A stretch of 64,000 nt of DNA from assembly GCA_050633305.1 (NCBI GenBank), contig JBOEGF010000043.1, positions 254,725-318,724 on the forward strand, read 5' to 3'. The stretch's first letter is position 1, and every line of letters starts with the position of its first letter. Under the pieces are notes generated by a model. That model had not been told where the DNA came from. It worked only from the letters and a program-made list of their open reading frames with translations, and made no database searches. The translations under genes and the position numbers were made by a program. Positions 56,275 through 64,000 of this stretch are shown one piece after another. Source of the stretch: Nannocystales bacterium (GTDB lineage: Bacteria; Myxococcota_A; Polyangia; Nannocystales; Nannocystaceae).

Positions 56275-56507
56275 CTAGCTCCGGCGAAGCGGCTTCTGCG
56301 GCGCCGCGTACCGATGGGCCAAGCCCCTGCGTCGACCAGGAGGCAATCGTCCCACGCGCGCCGCTCTCGCCGAACCGACCGGGTTGGAGCACCTCAAGGC
56401 CGACGGCCACCACGGTGGCGGTGCCTCCGTCGCGTTGTCCGGTTTCGTGAGACTTTCCCGGTGAGGGGATGGTACCGATGGCGACGAGATCAGAGCGAAC
56501 CGACACC

Positions 56508-57437
56508 TTGCGGATACGCGGATGTTTTGTGCTCATGGGGGCCATCGGGCTCGCCGGGTGTGGTGACTCGCTGACCACGCCGACACCTCATGGCGCGCCC
56601 GCAGATCAACCGGCGAAGGCACGCACGGTGGATGTCGTCGCGGCGGTGGGGCCCTTTGACGTGGAGGGAAGCAAGATGCTGGCCGACCCTCGCGATGAGG
56701 TCATCACTCCTTGGCTCAAGAAAGGGGTCTGGGAGCCAGTCGAGACCGCGTTGTTTCGCTCGGAGATCCATGCGGGTGATGTGGTGGTGGACGTGGGCGC
56801 CAACGTCGGCTACTTCACGCTCATCGCATCACAGCTCGTCGGGGACACGGGGCAAGTCTGGGCGTTCGAGCCGGACCCGGACGCCTTCGACTTGTTGCGC
56901 CGAAACGTGGAACTCAACGGGTACAAGAACGTCAACCTGGTCCCCAAGGCCCTCGGAGCGGAGCCGGGTACGTTGAAGCTCTTTCGCCATGCGACGAACC
57001 GGGGAGACCATCGCGTCTACGATCCGGGCGACGGACGCGAGGCGGTCGATGTTGAGGTCACCACGCTGGACAAGGTCTTCACAGCGGGGACGAAGATCGA
57101 CGTGATCAAGATCGACACGCAAGGGGCCGAATGCGCGGTCGCGGCGGGAGCGTCCAAGACGCTCGAGCGCGGCACTGACATGGCCGTCATCATGGAGTAC
57201 ACGCCGCACTACATCCGCCAGATGGGGCAAGACCCCCAGCAGTGCCTGCGTACGATCGAGGGGTACGGGTTCTCCTTCTATGAGATCCGGGAGTTCGCGC
57301 CCCCCAAGGGGGTGTTCAAGACGGACATCGAAGCACTTCAGGCGCGCTACTCCGAGGCGGAGGAGGATTACACCAACTTGTTTCTACCCTCGCGTGCCGA
57401 CGTCGCGAAACTCGGGCCCGTGCAGCGACCTCGTTGA
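56508..57437 (+). CDS. FkbM-family SAM methyltransferase with lipoprotein-like signal; start uncertain
   Basis: VVDVGANVG, AFEP, IKIDTQGAE; GLAGC lipobox. Confidence 0.85.
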   Translation: MRIRGCFVLMGAIGLAGCGDSLTTPTPHGAPADQPAKARTVDVVAAVGPFDVEGSKMLADPRDEVITPWLKKGVWEPVETALFRSEIHAGDVVVDVGANVGYFTLIASQLVGDTGQVWAFEPDPDAFDLLRRNVELNGYKNVNLVPKALGAEPGTLKLFRHATNRGDHRVYDPGDGREAVDVEVTTLDKVFTAGTKIDVIKIDTQGAECAVAAGASKTLERGTDMAVIMEYTPHYIRQMGQDPQQCLRTIEGYGFSFYEIREFAPPKGVFKTDIEALQARYSEAEEDYTNLFLPSRADVAKLGPVQRPR

Positions 57438-57552
57438 CCGCGCTGCGCCGGGCTTGGCCGAATGTGAGCCGACGCTTGAGGCTGTGGCCTTTGATTCGTA
57501 GTCTCTGCGCGGTTCGGCCCGGAGTTCGGGGACGAGCATGGAGCGCGGTGGC

Positions 57553-58038
57553 TCAGTCGTAGACCGAGCCCGCTTCCACAACCACCAGATGTTCCGCCTG
57601 TCCCTTCGCGATTCCCGTCTTGGGTCCCGCGACTGCGCCCAGGAGCGCGCCGATGAGCTCCTCGACTTCCTGGTCCGAAGTTGGGTGCAGCTCGCCTTTG
57701 GCCAGCACCTCGCGCATCGCGGTGACGTCCAGGTTTGTCCACGGCACTGGACCCGACGCTCCGGACGTGAGGCGATAGACCGCGGTCTCGTTCCCCGGGA
57801 ACTCGAGTGTCATCCGGGCCGGTGACTGTGGGTTCGTGCTCTCGATGAGCGCGTGCCCAGTGCCATTTTGACTGACGTCTTGTCCGGGGAGGACGGTTCC
57901 CGTGAGCTTGATGGTGATCCGCAGCTGGCTGATTGGGGCCACGTACGTCGCCTCCGTTCGGAATGCCCGCTCGCGGCACGCGCAAAGCAGCCCGAGAGGA
58001 GCTGCGAGGGCCAGGAGTGAGAACCGGCGACGCTTCAC
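57553..58038 (-). CDS. Hypothetical lipoprotein
   Basis: GTG start MKRRRFSLLALAAPLGLLCAC. Confidence 0.65.
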   Translation of the reverse strand: MKRRRFSLLALAAPLGLLCACRERAFRTEATYVAPISQLRITIKLTGTVLPGQDVSQNGTGHALIESTNPQSPARMTLEFPGNETAVYRLTSGASGPVPWTNLDVTAMREVLAKGELHPTSDQEVEELIGALLGAVAGPKTGIAKGQAEHLVVVEAGSVYD

Positions 58039-58203
58039 CGGGTCAACGTGAACCCGCAGTCGGAGGAGGGCAAGCTGCTCGCACAGGGGCTGAGACCACT
58101 CGAGCGATCGGAGGTCGCACGCCGCCGATACCGGTCCGCGGTCGAGTGCCGCTCGATGAGGATCGAGTGGCGACGGCCAGCGACTGCCGCAAGAGTATTC
58201 TTG

Positions 58204-58236
58204 GAAATTGACTTTGAATCTCAATTTCACTAACAT
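58204..58236 (+). promoter_or_regulatory. Sigma70 promoter overlapped by the inverted repeat GAAATTGA-N9-TCAATTTC
   Basis: TTGACT(58208)-17 bp-TAACAT(58231); perfect 8-bp arms at 58204-58211 and 58221-58228. Confidence 0.7.
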
Positions 58237-58241
58237 TGTGA

Positions 58242-58910
58242 ATGCTCCCTTGGTCCACGAAGACTGCGGCTCGCCTTGGCGTGGCTGGCCCAGCCCTCAT
58301 GTTCATCGGCGATCTCTTGCTCTTTTCCGACTTCGCGAGCGGGCCGGTCATGCGCGAGACCATGGCCCAACAGCTGGCAGAGGCCGCTCCTGCGCGACTC
58401 TACGTCGCGTCCGTCCTGGGTCCTATCGCGGCGTCGCTGTACCTCGTCGGTTTCGTCAACATCTACCGTGCGATGCAGCCCGTTGCGCCTCGTGCCTCCA
58501 CAGCATTTCTCGCTCTGAGCGCGCAGGTCAGCTTCTTCGCTGCGGCGTTTCACGCCGTTTTTGGAACACTGGGCGACGCCCTGCGGCCGCTCCTTCCTGG
58601 AGCTGTCGACGCGGCCGCACTGCAGACCCTACTCGACGGAAACCTCAGCGCGATGGGCCTGTGCTACCTCCTCTGCAGTCTCGCCTATTTCGGCATTCTC
58701 GCGCGAAGTGTTCTCCGCGGAGACTTGGCAATCCCGCGGTGGTTTCTACTCATCAACCCTGTGTCCGCTCTCGCGGCGACCGAGGTCGGGGCACACCTGC
58801 CGGCGCCATTGGGCGGGGTTGTCGTCGCAGGAGGCTGGAACTTGTTCTACATGGTCTTTTTTGGGATTGCTGGCCACTATCTCAGTCGTACGGAGACCCG
58901 AGGTACGTAG
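58242..58910 (+). CDS. Multi-pass membrane protein
   Basis: About 6 TM helices; GDLLL, H..F, P.W....NP. Confidence 0.8.
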   Translation: MLPWSTKTAARLGVAGPALMFIGDLLLFSDFASGPVMRETMAQQLAEAAPARLYVASVLGPIAASLYLVGFVNIYRAMQPVAPRASTAFLALSAQVSFFAAAFHAVFGTLGDALRPLLPGAVDAAALQTLLDGNLSAMGLCYLLCSLAYFGILARSVLRGDLAIPRWFLLINPVSALAATEVGAHLPAPLGGVVVAGGWNLFYMVFFGIAGHYLSRTETRGT

Positions 58911-59039
58911 GGGTGCCGATTCAGCCCCGTCACATCAGACTCGCTGCCCTGCGATTCGGCCTATCGGTGGGGGGGAACCGCAGGGCGGGGAGCGACCGCC
59001 TGGCCTCGGACGGGAGCACGCTTCCCGCTCTTCGGTCGT

Positions 59040-60128
59040 CTACGGGTTGTTCGCGAAGCCGAGGACCCCAAGCTCGTAGTCGGACCCCGTTTCGTGTTCG
59101 CGGCCTCCCCACCACAGCAACGACGTCCCGTCGAGTTGGGTGAACGGGGACAGCGCAAAGTCGATGGCACGTGCATGGTCGAGGGTGCGGATACTGAGTG
59201 ACGCCCCGGTGTCCTGCTCGAACAGCTCGAGATACGCCGACTGCGGGTAGGTGTCCTTCTGGCGCGAGATGACGATCCCGCCAAACTCCGCCGAGACGTC
59301 GGTGACGAGCCACTTCCAAGATACGGGGATCGTCCATTGGCCAACCTCGAGATGGTCGTCGTATCGCGTGACGCGGTGCTCGGTGGTGCCGTTGTCATTG
59401 AGGTACGGCTGCAGAAACACGGTCTCATCCGTGTTCGTCTCGAAGCTGACCCGAGGGCAGGCTTCATCCACGACCGCGAGCGAGTCGATCGGGTAGCTGT
59501 GGGCCCAGGTTTCGTACCAGTAGTTCGCAATCCCGGAGTGTTCGCGAACACCTTGCCAGAAGCCGAAGAGGTCGCCTCCGACCGAGTATACTCCGGTCGC
59601 GATGAACTCCCGGTTCGGTAGCTGTTCCAGGTCGCAGAACCGCTCCAGCGTGGCTCCGCTCGGGGGCGAGAACGTGTTCAGCCGTCGGCTCCAATAGGTG
59701 AGGTTCTTGCTCCGCTGCTCGAGGGCGCCGTTGTCGTGCAACAGCCAAACGCCGTGGGTTGTGCTGGTGGTGCGGTCCTGCGTGACCGCTCGATACTTGT
59801 ACGCGCCAGAGTAGGCGGGCGTGCTGGCAACCACCGCGCCCGTCGCCGGGTCGACCGCACGAACACGTGCGACGGCGTCTCTGTGCCCTCCACTCGAGAC
59901 TGTTCCGACATAGACACGGTCTCCCTCTCGGTGGACTTCCATCAAGCCGGACACCACCTCCGAATCGAGCTGGCCAACGCCGTAGATCTGGTCGAAATCG
60001 CAGGCCGTTGCAAGAGCGCATGTGGTTGCAGCAAACAGGATGCCTCGAAACGAAAACCGTCGACGCTCACGATCCTCTCCGAGAGCGGCCGAGTGTCCGG
60101 TTCTGAGCGATTTGTTACCTGTGTTCAT
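59040..60128 (-). CDS. Hypothetical lipoprotein
   Basis: RRR followed by ALATAC; beta-rich and aromatic. Confidence 0.7.
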   Translation of the reverse strand: MNTGNKSLRTGHSAALGEDRERRRFSFRGILFAATTCALATACDFDQIYGVGQLDSEVVSGLMEVHREGDRVYVGTVSSGGHRDAVARVRAVDPATGAVVASTPAYSGAYKYRAVTQDRTTSTTHGVWLLHDNGALEQRSKNLTYWSRRLNTFSPPSGATLERFCDLEQLPNREFIATGVYSVGGDLFGFWQGVREHSGIANYWYETWAHSYPIDSLAVVDEACPRVSFETNTDETVFLQPYLNDNGTTEHRVTRYDDHLEVGQWTIPVSWKWLVTDVSAEFGGIVISRQKDTYPQSAYLELFEQDTGASLSIRTLDHARAIDFALSPFTQLDGTSLLWWGGREHETGSDYELGVLGFANNP

Positions 60129-60466
60129 CACCGGCTTGTACGGCTGCCGAAAGGAAATCCCCTCACACAAGAATGTGAAGTCTTCGAAGGACGGTTTTGT
60201 CGTATGGCCAATGTGTTCGCCCCAAGTGGGTGACGCGTTCTCATCTGGTGATCGCCGACGCGCGTGAGCGCACCGGAGGCGCCGCGTACGGTTCCTCAGT
60301 GGCGGTATCCCTCGTGACTGGGGGTCGTGCAGCTCCGAGGCGTACCCCTCCGCGCCTTGCGATCCGGCTCCGTCACCTGAAGGCGGCGCACGCTGAAGCG
60401 GCGGAACTCGTCACGCTTCGTCGCGGACTTCATCTGCCCCAATCGCCCGGGGCGGGGAGCAGGACC

Positions 60467-61708
60467 TCACTGGCATTCCGAGCCGCCGCACTCGCCCACT
60501 CGAATGTCGGCATTGCCCGCTCCGATTGAGCACCACTGTGGCCACGAGTCGGGCAGGCCGTCCGGGAGGGACTGGTACGGCGATTCACCGTCCTCGAGCC
60601 AATAGGGGTGGTCGAGGAAGAACTCCCACGCCGGGGCGAACGTCGGTACGCCCGGGTCGTTGGGCTCGAAGGGAGGGGTCGCGTGAGAGCAGTTGTGAAT
60701 GCACTCCATCACGAAGTGGCCCCCGGCCTCGAGATCCTGTTCGAGCTGCTCCGAGGCCACCTCGAAGTCGATCGCGATGCAGAAGTCCTGCCGACCGCCC
60801 CACAGCACCATCGCTGGCATGATGTGCTCCGCAGCTTGCCAGGGCTTGATGAGTCCACCCACGCCGCCTGACAGCGAGATCAAGCTGGCAATGCGTGCGC
60901 CGTGGCGAGACGCGATCATGCTCGAGAACATCGCGCCCGCACTCACACCCATCACCGAGACGCATTCCTTGTCGATTCCGAACTGCTCGTGGGCACACGC
61001 GAGCATGTCATCGAGGAATTGAAAGTCCTGGTCCATCAGGAGATCGAGGTCCGAGACGGCGAAGGGCCAGCGGAAGGGCACCAGATCCTCGATCTGGCGA
61101 CCCTCGGGAATCAGTGCGATGAACCGATAGTGGTCGGCCGCGGCTTGGGCCTCGGCTCGGTCGTAGAAGCCCTGCGCGGACGCGCCTAGCCAGTGATAGA
61201 GCACGATGACCGGGAGCTGCTCGCCGTCCTCCCAATCGCTGGGGACGACCGCGATGAACTCCCGGTCGCCGCCGCCCGTGCTCATCACGTTGAGCGATCC
61301 GTCGGTCTCGATCACCGGGCACATCCCGCCGCCGCCGAACGATGGGAGTTCGGGGGCCAGGGTCGCGCCGGGCGGAGGCGTCGTGCCGCACAGGGGGAGC
61401 ATCGGAGGCTCTGCAGGTTCGCCTGTGCTGCTCCCCGCGCTGGAGTCGGTCCCAGGCGCGGTCGCTGCGGTCGTGCTGGTCGTGCCCGTGTTGGCGGTGG
61501 TGGTGCCAGGGCTGGCCGTGGTGCTGGTGGAAGCCGCCGCGCTCGTGGCTGGGCCAGTGTCGCTCGAACCGCGGGGGGCTGAGTCCGACGACGCACTGGT
61601 GCTCGCCTCGCCCCCTCCGGCGGGCTGGGTGGTGCATCCATTCGAGACGAGCAGCCCCGTCAGCAACAGGGCGAGCAGGGGACGATGACCCTTGAGGGGA
61701 GTCAGCAC
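60467..61708 (-). CDS. Alpha/beta hydrolase lipoprotein (PHB depolymerase/esterase-like)
   Basis: SNGC lipobox, S/T linker, LPVIVLYH, GVSAG nucleophile elbow, candidate Asp and His later. Confidence 0.8.
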   Translation of the reverse strand: MLTPLKGHRPLLALLLTGLLVSNGCTTQPAGGGEASTSASSDSAPRGSSDTGPATSAAASTSTTASPGTTTANTGTTSTTAATAPGTDSSAGSSTGEPAEPPMLPLCGTTPPPGATLAPELPSFGGGGMCPVIETDGSLNVMSTGGGDREFIAVVPSDWEDGEQLPVIVLYHWLGASAQGFYDRAEAQAAADHYRFIALIPEGRQIEDLVPFRWPFAVSDLDLLMDQDFQFLDDMLACAHEQFGIDKECVSVMGVSAGAMFSSMIASRHGARIASLISLSGGVGGLIKPWQAAEHIMPAMVLWGGRQDFCIAIDFEVASEQLEQDLEAGGHFVMECIHNCSHATPPFEPNDPGVPTFAPAWEFFLDHPYWLEDGESPYQSLPDGLPDSWPQWCSIGAGNADIRVGECGGSECQ

Positions 61709-62343
61709 GCGCTCATCCTACCGCGAACCCGGGCAACGCAGTCGCAGGCTTGAACCCCTGCCGTTTCGTGGAGTCCGGGGACGAACGCGTTGAGCCCGAT
61801 GGAGGGCCAGAGCCGCCCGATCGAGATCGGGCGGACGGAGGTTGGGGTGCTGGATGGGCGGAGGGCGACGCGTTGGGGAATCAACAGCCGGACTCGGCGG
61901 TTCGAGCCTCGCGATGGACGTTGGCGAAGAGCGTCCCGAAGACCCGGTCAACACGCCGCGTTGAGGCTCGCGCGGTGGGCTCGGGTACATACGGTGGTTT
62001 GTCATCGTCGGCAGCGGCCTCGGCGGGCTCGCTGTCCCCCCCGGCGCGTTGCGCTGAGGTCGGGAGGGGCTCTGCGGGACGGTGTCATTGCGTTTCGCCA
62101 TACGCGGCAGCGGCGGGTCGATGTTGTGGCCCCGTTTGACGCGGAGAGGTCCGAGAGGAGGAGCACGCCGATGCCGAACGCCGCGGCTCGAAGGACGCGT
62201 GGTGGTCAGGGCCTCGAGCACAGCTCTTTCCCGGCGGTTGTTTTCAGGAGGTTCCCCGAGTGTCTCGGTGGAAGCAATGGTCTCCAGCCTGCGGATTTCG
62301 TCGCCTGTCTCGCCTCGACTCGTCGAGGTGTAGGTTACCGCTC

Positions 62344-63819
62344 GTGTTGTCCGGACGACGGCCGCCCTTCGACCCGTTCCTCGTAGCCTCGTTCGCGGCG
62401 GTGTTGGCGTGCGCGCCGAAAGAACCAACACCTGCAGCACCGACCGAACCCGTCGCGGAGACGAATTCGGGCCGGAGGGTCCTTGCGCCGGAGCAGATTC
62501 GGGAAGCACCGGAGCCCACCCTGGCGCTACGACAACAGGGACATCCCACCCAGCTGCGCAATCCAGGCCCGAGTCCGCAGCCCTCGGGTGACTCTCCGAC
62601 GCCCGGGGGCATGGTTTCGATCACGTATGAATCGGAAGGACAGAACCTCAAGGCGTGGTTCCTCCGCGGGGAACCGGGCGCCCCGGTGCTGGTCTACCTG
62701 CACGGTGGGTTTGCGGGGGATGCGAGTGAAGCCTATGCGTGTCCGCAGTTCGCCGAGGCAGGCTACTCGGTGTTGGTACCGACGTATCGGGGGGAGAACG
62801 GCAACCCCGGTTCGTTCGAGTTGCTGTTTGGCGAAGTTCGTGACGCTGCGGCGGCAGTTCGGCATGTGCAAACCATCGAGGGCGTTGACTCCGACCGGGT
62901 CGTGGTATTCGGCCACTCCGCGGGTGCGGCAGTTTCGGCCTTGCTTGCGGGCATGGACGATGTGCCGTCGCGCATGACCGGCGGGGCAGGGGGGTTCTAC
63001 GACCCTGTGTCGGTCGAGAGCCTCATGCTCGAGTTCGACGTGGCGGCGCCGGTTGGGAACGAACTCATCCTTCGGACGCCCAGCCTTGTCGTGGACTCTA
63101 TGCGGCTACGCCATCACGCGTTTGTGGGGAGGGAGGACGATGCCGTAGCGCTCGGCGGAATGCTGGGATGGCTGCAGTCCAAGGGGGATGCCGAGCATCC
63201 GTTGCGTGTGTACGACGTGCCGGGAGACCACTTTGGCAGCCTGGCGCCTGCCTGTGCTGCGTTCTTCGAGCCGGCGGAGGGCAGGCCATCTCCGGCGCGG
63301 CCGCGCAGTGCGGAGACGCTCGACGCGGCGGGGCGCGACCCGGAGATGGACCTGTTCGAGGGAACGGTGGGCTGGGGCGGGGGGCCGTTTGGGGAGCTGG
63401 AGTCGCCAGCGTCCGCCCCCAAGCTAGAGCTCAAGCGGGTCGGCGAATGGGGAATTCGGGTTCCTGAGGGCGCAACGGTCAAGGCGTCACAGGCTGGGGG
63501 CCTGACGACGTTGGTGTTCGAGGCCGACGGACTGCACGGTGAGTTCACCGTCGGGGAGTTCCCGGCCGAGGTCCGGGCCAAGCTCAAGCCGATCAACATG
63601 ATGTTCAACGTCCTGATGAGCTACGAACCTAGCGCGGCCCGGTTTCTTGTGGGCCAGGGGGGCGTCGTCGGGCTTGAGGTCCGAGGGCGGAAGAACGCAC
63701 GAATGTCGTACACTCGGTCGGAGCTGGTGGGACCGACGTTTGTGTCGCTCGATGTTTGGCCTGCCGAGGCGCCGGGTGTGAACGCGGTGGTGGGCTCGGT
63801 GGGAGTTCTGGGTGAGTAG
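62344..63819 (+). CDS. Alpha/beta hydrolase (S9-like) lipoprotein with C-terminal extension; start uncertain
   Basis: VLAC lipobox, YLHGG, P.YRGENGNPG.FE...GEV.D, GHSAG, VPGDHF. Confidence 0.8.
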   Translation: MLSGRRPPFDPFLVASFAAVLACAPKEPTPAAPTEPVAETNSGRRVLAPEQIREAPEPTLALRQQGHPTQLRNPGPSPQPSGDSPTPGGMVSITYESEGQNLKAWFLRGEPGAPVLVYLHGGFAGDASEAYACPQFAEAGYSVLVPTYRGENGNPGSFELLFGEVRDAAAAVRHVQTIEGVDSDRVVVFGHSAGAAVSALLAGMDDVPSRMTGGAGGFYDPVSVESLMLEFDVAAPVGNELILRTPSLVVDSMRLRHHAFVGREDDAVALGGMLGWLQSKGDAEHPLRVYDVPGDHFGSLAPACAAFFEPAEGRPSPARPRSAETLDAAGRDPEMDLFEGTVGWGGGPFGELESPASAPKLELKRVGEWGIRVPEGATVKASQAGGLTTLVFEADGLHGEFTVGEFPAEVRAKLKPINMMFNVLMSYEPSAARFLVGQGGVVGLEVRGRKNARMSYTRSELVGPTFVSLDVWPAEAPGVNAVVGSVGVLGE

Positions 63820-63932
63820 GAGGACTGCATCCGTCGTCCTTCGGCAGGCGGTCCTACGGTCTTCCCGGCGCACTCTGCCCGTGGCCCCCGTGAGTGAGCC
63901 TGGCGCCCGACACCAGCGTCGCCCGCGGGCCC

Positions 63933-64000
63933 TCAACGAACGCTGAGGAACACGCGCCAGTAGCGTTCGCCCGGCGAGCCATAGGCTTCGAAGTCGGCGT
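63933..64000 (-). CDS. C-terminal end of a gene entering from beyond the window, possibly GyrI-like effector domain
   Basis: ADFEAYGSPGERYWRVFLSVR*. Confidence 0.45.
   Translation of the reverse strand, partial: ADFEAYGSPGERYWRVFLSVR

Noticed and set aside
61709..62343. About 630-bp gap with several 60-260 aa ORFs and one GAGA-loop hairpin
   Set aside because: The ORFs are Arg/Pro-rich with poor codon bias, and no RNA family or repeat was recognisable.

Overview
A GC-rich bacterial chromosomal window. Its gene content (many lipoproteins with Ser/Thr/Gly-rich linkers, a TIGR04552-like protein, a myxobacterial-type ECF sigma/anti-sigma pair, a Myxococcus-like LexA box) points to Myxococcota, probably Nannocystaceae-like; this is inference. 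It holds about 60 CDSs, three tRNAs (Ala-GGC, plus an Ile-GAT/Ala-TGC pair with no rRNA beside it), exbB/exbD, lexA, a GAF-GAF-GGDEF cyclase, three PPIases, a SulP-PTS EIIA fusion and a probable metal-regulated ABC/DUF3299 cluster. I found no CRISPR array, rRNA, integrase or transposase. The best candidate for an undescribed system is a tightly coupled six-gene operon at 6003-10894. It encodes a ParA-type ATPase, two Roadblock/LC7-like proteins, a tandem V4R-like protein with an HCHH motif, a small unknown protein and a pseudo-receiver-DUF4388-Roadblock-like protein, which suggests an Mgl-like positioning/signalling module with no small GTPase. All family assignments come from motif recognition by eye; no database search was run.
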